From NCBI GenBank assembly GCA_030429365.1, contig JAUIEW010000002.1, forward strand, positions 1 to 63,170: DNA of 63,170 bases, written 5' to 3'. Below are positions 27,740 to 37,103 of the stretch, one piece after another (position 1 is the first letter of the stretch; each line of letters starts with the position of its first letter). The notes under the pieces were generated by a model. It was not told where the DNA came from and made no database searches. It saw only the letters and a program-made list of their open reading frames with translations. The position numbers and the translations under genes were made by a program. Origin of the DNA: Phycisphaerae bacterium (GTDB lineage Bacteria > Planctomycetota > Phycisphaerae > UBA1845).

Positions 27740-29350
27740 CTACATTCGATAAACACTCTGCTTCGGTTCGGGCCAGGGACCGTTTAGACTGGCCGCGATA
27801 CCCAACGCCAAAACCATGCGCGTATCGACTGGGTCAATAATCCCATCATCCCACAACCGCGCCGAGCTGTAGTAGGCGCTACCTTCCGTCTCATACTTAT
27901 CCAGGATCGGCTTCATGAATTCGGCTTGCTCGTCGGCATTCATCGCCGGTTCGCCCTTGGCCTCAAGCTGATCCTGCTTCACCGTCAAGAGTACGTTCGC
28001 GGCTTGCTCACCGCCCATCACGCTGATCCGCGCATTGGGCCACATCCAAAGCTGCCTCGGTCCATACGCCCGCCCGCACATGCCATAGTTGCCCGCGCCG
28101 TACGAACCCCCGATCACCACCGTAAATTTCGGCACGCAAGCATTGGAGACTGCGGCGACCATCTTCGCGCCGTCTTTGGCGATCCCTCCGGCTTCAAACT
28201 GCCGTCCCACCATAAACCCGGTGATATTTTGCAGGAACACGAGTGGCGTGCGCCGCTGATTGCAGAGCTCAATGAAGTGTGCGGCTTTCTGCGCGCTTTC
28301 AGAAAAGAGCACGCCGTTGTTCGCAAGAATCCCAACCGGGTATCCCCAGATGTGCGCAAACCCGGTGACCAATGTCGAGCCATACAGCGCTTTGAACTCC
28401 TGAAACTTACTGCCATCGACAATGCGCGCGATGATCTCGCGCACGTCGTAAGGTTTGCGAATGTTCTTTTGAATGATGCCGTAAATCTCGCTCGCATCGT
28501 AGCGCGGTTCTTCAACCGGAATCGTGCGCACCGGCATCTTATGAACGTGACCAAGGTGGCTGACGATCCGCCGCGTGATCGCCAACGCATCTTCATCGTT
28601 AACCGCAAGGTGATCCGCAACGCCCGACGTTCGACAATGCACGTCAGCCCCACCGAGTTCTTCCGCCGACACAACTTCACCCGTCGCGGCTTTAACGAGC
28701 GGTGGACCGCCAAGGAAAATCGTCCCCTGCCCTTTCACGATGACGGCTTCATCGCTCATCGCTGGCACATAAGCCCCGCCAGCCGTACACGAACCCATCA
28801 CCACCGCCACCTGTGGAATGCCAGCCGCCGACATCTGCGCCTGGTTATAGAAGATCCGCCCGAAGTGCTCCTTGTCGGGAAACACGTCGGCTTGCAGCGG
28901 CAGAAACGCCCCGCCCGAATCAACGAGGTACACGCAAGGCAGATGATTTTCGCGGGCGATCTCCTGCGCCCGAAGGTGCTTCTTCACCGTCACCGGAAAA
29001 TACGTACCGCCTTTGACCGTCGCATCGTTCGCCACGATCACACACTCGCGACCTTCGATGCAGCCAATCCCGGTCACAATGCCAGCCGCCGGCGCGCCCC
29101 CGTCATAAAGCCCATGCGCCGCCAACGAACTGATTTCCAGAAACGGTGTGTCCGCATCGGTCAGAAGATCAATGCGATCGCGCACGAACAACTTCCCGCG
29201 GCTTCGATGCCGTTCGACCAACTTCTCCCCGCCGCCCTGCTTGACCGCACTCAGATGCGCTTTCAAATCCGAGACCTTGGCTTCAAGATCCGACTTGTTT
29301 TCCGCAAATTCCGCCGACGACGTATCAATTGCTGTTGAGAGTATTTCCAT
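27740..29350 (-). CDS. methylcrotonoyl-CoA carboxylase beta (carboxyltransferase) subunit
   Basis: 536 aa. [25 protein letters not shown]...[28 protein letters not shown] is characteristic of MCCase-beta / acyl-CoA carboxyltransferases. Confidence 0.88.
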   Translation of the reverse strand: MEILSTAIDTSSAEFAENKSDLEAKVSDLKAHLSAVKQGGGEKLVERHRSRGKLFVRDRIDLLTDADTPFLEISSLAAHGLYDGGAPAAGIVTGIGCIEGRECVIVANDATVKGGTYFPVTVKKHLRAQEIARENHLPCVYLVDSGGAFLPLQADVFPDKEHFGRIFYNQAQMSAAGIPQVAVVMGSCTAGGAYVPAMSDEAVIVKGQGTIFLGGPPLVKAATGEVVSAEELGGADVHCRTSGVADHLAVNDEDALAITRRIVSHLGHVHKMPVRTIPVEEPRYDASEIYGIIQKNIRKPYDVREIIARIVDGSKFQEFKALYGSTLVTGFAHIWGYPVGILANNGVLFSESAQKAAHFIELCNQRRTPLVFLQNITGFMVGRQFEAGGIAKDGAKMVAAVSNACVPKFTVVIGGSYGAGNYGMCGRAYGPRQLWMWPNARISVMGGEQAANVLLTVKQDQLEAKGEPAMNADEQAEFMKPILDKYETEGSAYYSSARLWDDGIIDPVDTRMVLALGIAASLNGPWPEPKQSVYRM

Positions 29351-29523
29351 GCGTGGGAATTTCCCGTCTCGTGGTCAGGGTTCGCTCGCAGGCAGCCAGC
29401 CCGCCCGCCAAAAACCTAATCGCTTTTGACCCTTCGCGACAGTCTTACCGACCAACCACGCCCATAGAGGCCTCAATCAGCCGCCACCTATGGCACTGAA
29501 CCGACCAACCCTGCTATCATCTA

Positions 29524-30081
29524 TTGATGGATGAAACCCTTCCAAGCCGCTGGATTGAACTTCGCGAGCTCCCGGGTCACCCGGAAATGTCGGTGTTTCC
29601 CGATCGCGAACCCAAGATCCAAAACCGCTACGCCCCCGAAGATGGCGAAGCCCTGACATGCCCGAAATGCCACTACCTCCTGACCGGCATCGGCGCCGAA
29701 TACTGCCCCGAATGCGGCATTGAATTGTCCTATGAACCCATCACCGTGTTCTCAGCCGCCGACCAGTCCCTCGTCTGGGCCGCAGCGATGGTTCTCGATC
29801 AGAACGAAATCTCAAACCTGATGACCAGCGGCAGTTACGACCCGGTTATGGGCATCTTCACCAGTCGTCGAAGCCTCCCGCACATCATGGTCCCGTACAA
29901 GTTCTATCACGAAGCCATTCAGCTTCTTGACGCCAAATTCGGGCAAAGGGTCTTTAAGACCGGCGACAAGCCATCCAAACTGCCCGAAGGCCCCGATTGG
30001 GCGTGTTCCGGCTGCCAGGAAGAAAACCCCGTTTCCTTTGAAGTATGCTGGAATTGCGGGCTGCAAAAGCCCGATGCGTGA
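29524..30081 (+). CDS. hypothetical protein with zinc ribbon, DUF2007-like core and C-terminal RanBP2-type zinc finger
   Basis: CPKCHYLLTGIGAEYCPECG, then WACSGCQEENPVSFEVCWNCG at the C-terminus. Confidence 0.6.
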   Translation: MMDETLPSRWIELRELPGHPEMSVFPDREPKIQNRYAPEDGEALTCPKCHYLLTGIGAEYCPECGIELSYEPITVFSAADQSLVWAAAMVLDQNEISNLMTSGSYDPVMGIFTSRRSLPHIMVPYKFYHEAIQLLDAKFGQRVFKTGDKPSKLPEGPDWACSGCQEENPVSFEVCWNCGLQKPDA

Positions 30082-30229
30082 GTTGCAAAATCGCGACCAC
30101 TTCCGCCCCCGCCTGCGCTGGACGCGATTGTCTCAAGTCGTAAACTATACCGCTCGAATAATATCTATCCCGTGTGGATATGTTTCCCGATAAACGATTG
30201 GCTGCCCCCAACCCGTTCGGGCGGAAACG

Positions 30230-30703
30230 GTGAAAGCTTTGTCAGATACGCAAGATCAATTGGAAGCGCTTGGTGAGGAGATTTTTGAACTCACCAAGAT
30301 CGTCGCCCGCGCTCGGGCACAGGCCAGCAACAAACACGTCGACACGCTGACCGAAACCGAAAACCTCACGCTCGACCTGCTCAGCAAGCACGATGTCATG
30401 ACAGTCGGTCAGATCCAGAAAGCGGTCGGCGTGCTCCCCGCACAAATGTCCCGAATCGTTCGCTCGCTCGAAGACAAAGGCGGGTCGGCTTACATCGAGT
30501 GCAACATCAATCCCAAAGATCGCCGCATGATCAACGTGTCGATCACGCCAGCCGGCCAAAAAGCACTTAACATCTACCGCAAAGCCAGGCTCTCCATGAT
30601 TCTGCGAATCCTCTCCGTCCTCGATCAAGACGAACGGGAAGGCTTCATGAACATGATTCGCAAAATGCGCGAAAACATCTCTAACTCCATCAAAAACAAG
30701 TAG
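30230..30703 (+). CDS. MarR family transcriptional regulator
   Basis: 157 aa with the wHTH region MTVGQIQKAVGVLPAQMSRIVRSLEDKG...DRRMINVSITPAGQK. Confidence 0.85.
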   Translation: MKALSDTQDQLEALGEEIFELTKIVARARAQASNKHVDTLTETENLTLDLLSKHDVMTVGQIQKAVGVLPAQMSRIVRSLEDKGGSAYIECNINPKDRRMINVSITPAGQKALNIYRKARLSMILRILSVLDQDEREGFMNMIRKMRENISNSIKNK

Positions 30704-30783
30704 TTAAATAAAAACTCTCCCCGCCCAAAAACACCACCCGCGCCCGTTCCACCGCAATGTAATTAACATCTGGAAACTATTTC

Positions 30784-30811
30784 TTGACAATTATTATTCA
30801 TGTGATACCAT
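30784..30811 (+). promoter_or_regulatory. candidate sigma-70 promoter (TTGACA, 16-nt spacer, extended -10 TGaTACCAT)
   Basis: ttgaca at 30784-30789 and tgataccat ending at 30811, inside an AT-rich spacer upstream of the 30899 gene. This is a consensus match only. Confidence 0.3.
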
Positions 30812-30898
30812 TATCTTGGTCGACAACAATAACGTCGGCGTGAATGCAATGGGCCAATGCCTGAATACGAAGACCATTTGGCGATGGAGGTCAAGACC

Positions 30899-31324
30899 AT
30901 GACGAATCAACGACGTAGCTCACTCGCAGCCTCATGTGCAGCGCTGGCAGGATTGGGACTGCTGGCCGCCCCCACCTCTGCCAAAGCCCAATGTGCACCG
31001 GTCTATCAACCCGTCACTTACGTCCAGTATGCGCCCGCAGTGGTTCCGGCGCGCACCGTATACGTGAGTCAGCCGGTCTATGTCCCGCGCCCTGTTTACG
31101 TCGAGCAGCCGGTTGTCGTCGCACCCGCATACCGATCGCGGTCGTTCAACCTCAGCCTGAGCTTCGGAAACAACGGGTATCGACGGAGTCACGGACACCA
31201 CAGAAACTTCAGAAGTCGCGACGTTTACAGTTCGCGTCGTCATTACTCTTCAGCCAGGCGCTTTCGCGGTCATCATCAATCCGCCAGACGATCGCACGGT
31301 AATCGCAGGCATTACCGCCGCTGA
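30899..31324 (+). CDS. low-complexity secreted protein (PVY-rich core, Arg/His/Ser-rich tail)
   Basis: ATG 30899 lies 8 nt after ggagg. The signal MTNQRRSSLAASCAALAGLGLLAAPTSAKA is Tat-like (RR). It is followed by the 31383 terminator. Confidence 0.55.
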   Translation: MTNQRRSSLAASCAALAGLGLLAAPTSAKAQCAPVYQPVTYVQYAPAVVPARTVYVSQPVYVPRPVYVEQPVVVAPAYRSRSFNLSLSFGNNGYRRSHGHHRNFRSRDVYSSRRHYSSARRFRGHHQSARRSHGNRRHYRR

Positions 31325-31382
31325 TTCAATGTCCATCAACCGGGTTCATCGACGAACCAATTAATTCACAAATCAGCAATCA

Positions 31383-31408
31383 TGCGGGGCTTTATGCCCC
31401 GCTTTTTT
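31383..31408 (+). terminator. Rho-independent terminator
   Basis: gcggggc-tttat-gccccgc followed by ttttttt. Confidence 0.8.
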
Positions 31409-31515
31409 TGTGTCGAGTTTGCCGGCGCGATAGGCCGAAGACTGCTTGACGAAGGCTCCAGCGATTCTATCCTTGATCCCTTGGGCACCAACACCTCAGT
31501 CGATCGGAGCGCATC

Positions 31516-33102
<1,587 letters not shown>

Positions 33103-33325
33103 GCGCGCGACTTTGAAGTGAAAATCCGTGTACCACTGGCAGCTAGCCTGCCGGTGCAAAACGTTCACTATGCCACGGTGCGCTGATCCCCCAACGTATC
33201 AGCCCAGATCGTCCTAATCGCTAGGGCCAACTTCGCTCGACGCAACCAATATGTCTCCGGACAGTTGACAGATACGCTGAAGGACAGAACTGGCAGAGCG
33301 CGGGTAATTTGCCGAATGGGTCGAC

Positions 33326-33505
33326 CTATTCAGGTTCGTTGGAGTCCGCGTTTTGCAGGTCTACGACGTTGCCATTTCGAGCGACATATATGGGCATGCC
33401 TTCGCGGCGTAGTGTGTCCACTTCATTATCGATTGCCAAGCGAAGGCCCTCACAAATGTCATCCATCTGCTTGTCCAGTACAGACTCGTTATTCTCTGCC
33501 TTCAT
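33326..33505 (-). CDS. candidate 59-aa protein translationally coupled to the upstream zinc-ribbon membrane protein
   Basis: Its ATG overlaps the TGA of ORF 33502..34155 (ATGA). It encodes MKAENNESVLDKQMDDICEGLRLAIDNEVDTLRREGMPIYVARNGNVVDLQNADSNEPE. It is below the ORF-track cutoff. Confidence 0.5.
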   Translation of the reverse strand: MKAENNESVLDKQMDDICEGLRLAIDNEVDTLRREGMPIYVARNGNVVDLQNADSNEPE

Positions 33506-34155
33506 TGCGAATCCTGTTCACGCGCAAACCCACGTAATTGACTCAACCGAGCTATCGAGCCGCCGCACTCCGGACAAACACCGCTGACATTACCCGTAAG
33601 GTCGTAACCACACTCCGCGCAATGCCCCTCCGGGTGCACGGGCCGATAGCGCAATCGAATGAACACCGCGCAATTCGTTGCGAGATAGGTCAACGCGAAA
33701 TAGCCGACAAACACCCAGCCCAGCCAGATGGTCTTGCTGAGCATGGCCAGCGTTGGATCAGCGCGTCGACTCGTGTAAAAGACCGCTTGATTGATCCACT
33801 CGCCAATCACAAGCCCGACAGACGCCGACAGCGATAGTCGAAACGCACCACCATACTGTTTCCATGGCCAACGAACGACGACCAGTGCAACCGCACTCAA
33901 GAGCGACAGACAAAGGAACGTGGTTTTCCAAGAGTTGCTGGGAGCTTGAACCCCGTTCAGAAAAAGGCCAAACTCTGAAACGGACAGCCCGATGAGGATT
34001 GCCGCAGTTGTTCGGTGGCGCAGCACAAATTCGCACAACGGATTGTTCAGGTCATTCGGAATGACATTGGGCCCCCTACACAGCGGCGATACGACCCAGA
34101 GTATCGATTGTGGCACAGTCGCTCGAACACACCGACTCCCCTCAATTGCCATCAA
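33502..34155 (-). CDS. membrane protein with C-terminal CxxCGYDLTGN..CPECG zinc ribbon (paralog 2)
   Basis: 4-5 TM helices followed by HCAECGYDLTGNVSGVCPECGG. Confidence 0.7.
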   Translation of the reverse strand: MMAIEGSRCVRATVPQSILWVVSPLCRGPNVIPNDLNNPLCEFVLRHRTTAAILIGLSVSEFGLFLNGVQAPSNSWKTTFLCLSLLSAVALVVVRWPWKQYGGAFRLSLSASVGLVIGEWINQAVFYTSRRADPTLAMLSKTIWLGWVFVGYFALTYLATNCAVFIRLRYRPVHPEGHCAECGYDLTGNVSGVCPECGGSIARLSQLRGFAREQDSQ

Positions 34156-34768
34156 TCGAATCTTTGTTAGTCAGCGACGTCCCACATTCCGGGCAGGTGC
34201 CACTCACATTTCCCGTTAGATCGTAGCCACACTGAACGCAATGTCCGGGTGGATAGCGTGGCCAAAAGCGCATTCGAACGTAAACCATGCCGGACATCAG
34301 CGCCAATGAAACCGCCCCATACGCCGCAAACCCGAACACAACTGCCAGCGGAAGATACCAATAGATCGCCCCGGGAGGCATATACCGAGCACTCAAGATG
34401 ACACTAATCAATGCAAGGGTCGCGACGGTTGTGGCACTCGCAAACGCCAAACTGCGCGCCACACGATACTCCGTCCAGGGCCAACACAGTGCAGCCACCG
34501 CGAGCAATTGGATAGCCACTTGAACAGTCGAGACGGTCATCAAGTACGCGGTTGTGGCTCCGGTGGGGGGGATGTACGTTCGATCAAGCACAAACCGCAA
34601 CATCCGCACCACGACACAGATCGCGATGGATAGCGGTATGCGATATCGATCAATGAATCCTTCAAACACCGCAAGCAGCGTCGGCGCGTTACCCGCCCTG
34701 TTGCGAGGCGTGTCGTCCATCTTGATTTCAGAACCCTGATGCACTTGACCCGTTGAAGTTCCAGCCAA
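34142..34768 (-). CDS. membrane protein with C-terminal CxxCGYDLTGN..CPECG zinc ribbon (paralog 1)
   Basis: Same architecture as paralog 2, ending HCVQCGYDLTGNVSGTCPECGT. It overlaps paralog 2 by 14 nt. Confidence 0.7.
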   Translation of the reverse strand: MAGTSTGQVHQGSEIKMDDTPRNRAGNAPTLLAVFEGFIDRYRIPLSIAICVVVRMLRFVLDRTYIPPTGATTAYLMTVSTVQVAIQLLAVAALCWPWTEYRVARSLAFASATTVATLALISVILSARYMPPGAIYWYLPLAVVFGFAAYGAVSLALMSGMVYVRMRFWPRYPPGHCVQCGYDLTGNVSGTCPECGTSLTNKDSIDGN

Positions 34769-34795
34769 TCGAGACCCGATTGGCGGCTTCGGGCT

Positions 34796-35464
34796 TCAGG
34801 CACCGACCGATTCGCGGACGTGGCATTCGAGGCAGTCCACCACTTCCGACAGCGACATGTTGGTGGTATCGATCTTGATGGATTGACCCGGTTCGAGCAG
34901 CGGCGCCCATTGCTTGCAATCGTTGGCGTCACGGGTGTTGAGGTTTTCGCGAACGTCGTCCATCGACACGTCTTCGCCGTCCGCGATCAGTTCCTGGTAG
35001 CGGCGCTCGGCGCGCTTCTCCAGGTCGGCATCGACGACGAAGCGCACGTCCGCGAGATCCTTGAACACAACGCTGCCCTGATCGCGACCCTCGGTCACGA
35101 ACGAACCGAGTTGCCGGCCAATCGACCGTTGTTTTTCGACGAGGATCCTGCGGATCTCTGGGATGCGCGCAATCGGCGAAGTCACCTGACTGACCGCCAT
35201 TGTGCGAATCGCTTCGCTGATGTCGTGCCCGTTGGCTTTGACCCGCGTATGCGTGGGTCCACAGTCAAGCCAGAGGTCGGCGCTCTCGGCCAGTTGCACC
35301 AGGGCGTCGTGATCGTCGATCGACACACCCTCCTCCAGCGCGAGGTGCGCAATGGCGCGATACATCGCCCCCGTATCCAGGTATGGAATCTCAAGGTGAG
35401 CTGCCAGTTTACGGGCAGCCGTCGATTTGCCGGAGCCAGCCGGTCCATCAATGGTGATTATCAT
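34796..35464 (-). CDS. cmk: cytidylate kinase
   Basis: MIITIDGPAGSGKST P-loop and ...YLDTGAMYRA. Confidence 0.92.
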   Translation of the reverse strand: MIITIDGPAGSGKSTAARKLAAHLEIPYLDTGAMYRAIAHLALEEGVSIDDHDALVQLAESADLWLDCGPTHTRVKANGHDISEAIRTMAVSQVTSPIARIPEIRRILVEKQRSIGRQLGSFVTEGRDQGSVVFKDLADVRFVVDADLEKRAERRYQELIADGEDVSMDDVRENLNTRDANDCKQWAPLLEPGQSIKIDTTNMSLSEVVDCLECHVRESVGA

Positions 35465-35798
35465 TTGCGTTTCGATTGTAGGTTCATTTCAAAACCGATC
35501 AAGCGCCCGATAATCACCCCCGCACCCCAATCATCAAGTCACAATCACCGGGCTCCGCGCGCCAAGCAACACACCACGCACCGCGCCAAAAACCTCATTT
35601 TTCAAGGCACTACCTGCCCTGTTTTCGAAACGCCACATTCACTTCAGCGTTGACTGCGTAAAACCCGAACAGTAAAATTACAAGGGTGTGTGGCAACCGC
35701 GTTTGAGGATTCATCACGTGTTGTCGAGTGTGAGTTTACCGGCACTTCACCTCCAATGCCGGCAATTCTGAAATCCCATAAGCAGGGCATCGAACCCC

Positions 35799-36953
35799 AT
35801 GAGTGATGCCATCGTTGCAATTTGCCCCTCGTGCTCCCAGAAGTACAGGGTTCCCCGCGCCAACATCGGCCTGCGCGCTCGCTGCAAGAACTGCGGGCAG
35901 GCATTCAAAATCCTCGAAGAACCACCCATCGACGACGAGACCATCTTTGGATGGGTGACCGAAGACGACCCCTCAAGCAACAGCGTCCTCGGCGGAACCG
36001 GGCTCTTTGGCCAGACCTTCAGCGAATCCACGCACGTCCCCGTCCGCAACCGGTGGGTTCATCCCCCGCCGCCCAATACACCCCGGGTTGATTTCACAGG
36101 ACTCGACGAACACGGCGCTCATTTCACGTTTGCCCCCGAAGACCTGCGCGATCGCGACCTGCGCTGCTCGTTTCCACACAAATGCGCCCAGTGTCTGGGC
36201 CGCGAAAATCTGGAAGTTCACCTGATCATTTGGCCGGAAAAAGTCCCGGGCCGCGATGCGGCGATGATCAACGAAACGGAAACGCGAACGCACCGCAAGC
36301 TCGAACAACTGATGGAAGAGCACGAACTCAACTGGTTCCAATCACTCGAACCGATCGAGACCATGCCCGCACCTTTCAAGGAGCCTTTCCCTTATTCCAT
36401 CTGCCCGGACTGCAGTGTCATCGGCGCGATTAGAGGCCGCGTGCATACCGAAAACGAAACAGAACTCTGCGAATTGATCATCGCCCATCCGTCCATCGCC
36501 CTCGACTTCTATCGAAACAACGGCGGACGAAACACTGCCGGATACAAGAAACTGCTCGTTGCAAGCCGCCAACGACGCGACAACCAGTGGAAGTCGCTCG
36601 CGGTCGGCGTGCGCATCAAATTGGGACAATGGTTCAAGCCCAAAAACGGCGAGAATTTCTTGGGCTACTATGCCGACCGCGACTTCACGCAGTCGGACCG
36701 GGGATCAGCCGGCGTTGTCCTCACCGACAAACGACTCGTCTACAAGAAGTACGCCGCCCTTCGCGAATACCGACTCGATCATCAGGGCTCACTCGAAATC
36801 GAAGCCACCCCATCGCTCGCCAACATCGATATCCATCAGGATGATCTGAATGTTTCAACCCTGGCCACCACCCCACTGGCGGCCAGCAGCCTCGCGCGAA
36901 CGCTAACCAGCATGAACAAAGCCTGGAAGATCAACGTCGAAACCCGACACTAG
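35799..36953 (+). CDS. hypothetical protein with N-terminal MJ0042-type zinc ribbon
   Basis: CPSCSQKYRVPRANIGLRARCKNCGQAFKI. Further CxxC pairs (CAQC, CPDC) follow. The C-terminal GVVLTDKRLVYKKY is reminiscent of bacterial PH-like domains. Confidence 0.6.
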   Translation: MSDAIVAICPSCSQKYRVPRANIGLRARCKNCGQAFKILEEPPIDDETIFGWVTEDDPSSNSVLGGTGLFGQTFSESTHVPVRNRWVHPPPPNTPRVDFTGLDEHGAHFTFAPEDLRDRDLRCSFPHKCAQCLGRENLEVHLIIWPEKVPGRDAAMINETETRTHRKLEQLMEEHELNWFQSLEPIETMPAPFKEPFPYSICPDCSVIGAIRGRVHTENETELCELIIAHPSIALDFYRNNGGRNTAGYKKLLVASRQRRDNQWKSLAVGVRIKLGQWFKPKNGENFLGYYADRDFTQSDRGSAGVVLTDKRLVYKKYAALREYRLDHQGSLEIEATPSLANIDIHQDDLNVSTLATTPLAASSLARTLTSMNKAWKINVETRH

Positions 36954-36984
36954 AGATGTTCAGATATATCAATGCAACAGCGCC

Positions 36985-37010
36985 GTCATTCCCGCGGAAG
37001 CGGGAATGAC
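36985..37010. repeat. family-B palindromic repeat (perfect palindrome)
   Basis: gtcattcccgc-ggaa-gcgggaatgac. Confidence 0.8.
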
Positions 37011-37016
37011 GAAGTG

Positions 37017-37047
37017 GTGCTCCGCCCTTATAGGGTGGGGGACTGAA
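37017..37047 (+). repeat. family-A stem-loop repeat
   Basis: gtgctccgcccttatagggtgggggactgaa. It is in sense with the upstream gene and starts 63 nt after its stop. Confidence 0.75.
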
Positions 37048-37103
37048 ATGATTCAACAACCCATCAACCGACCAACAAATCTCAAACAGCGCACAACACC
37101 AAA

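Noticed and set aside
26475-27752. 425-aa plus-strand ORF antisense to the SusD-like gene
   Set aside because: The protein is Arg/His/Ala-rich with low complexity, which is typical of the antisense frame of a high-GC gene. The opposite strand carries a lipobox, regular Cys repeats and a SusD C-terminal motif.
27926-29338. 470-aa plus-strand ORF antisense to the MCCase-beta gene
   Set aside because: The opposite strand encodes an unmistakable carboxyltransferase. This frame is Arg/His-rich with no motifs.
33134-33156. Sigma-54-like GG-N10-GC match (ctggcagctagcctgcc) downstream of pckA. It was of interest because a sigma-54 activator is encoded at 19156..20715.
   Set aside because: The sequence is the two arms of a hairpin (cactggcag / ctgccggtg) at the convergent pckA 3' end. 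There is no downstream plus-strand gene and the -12 element is poor.
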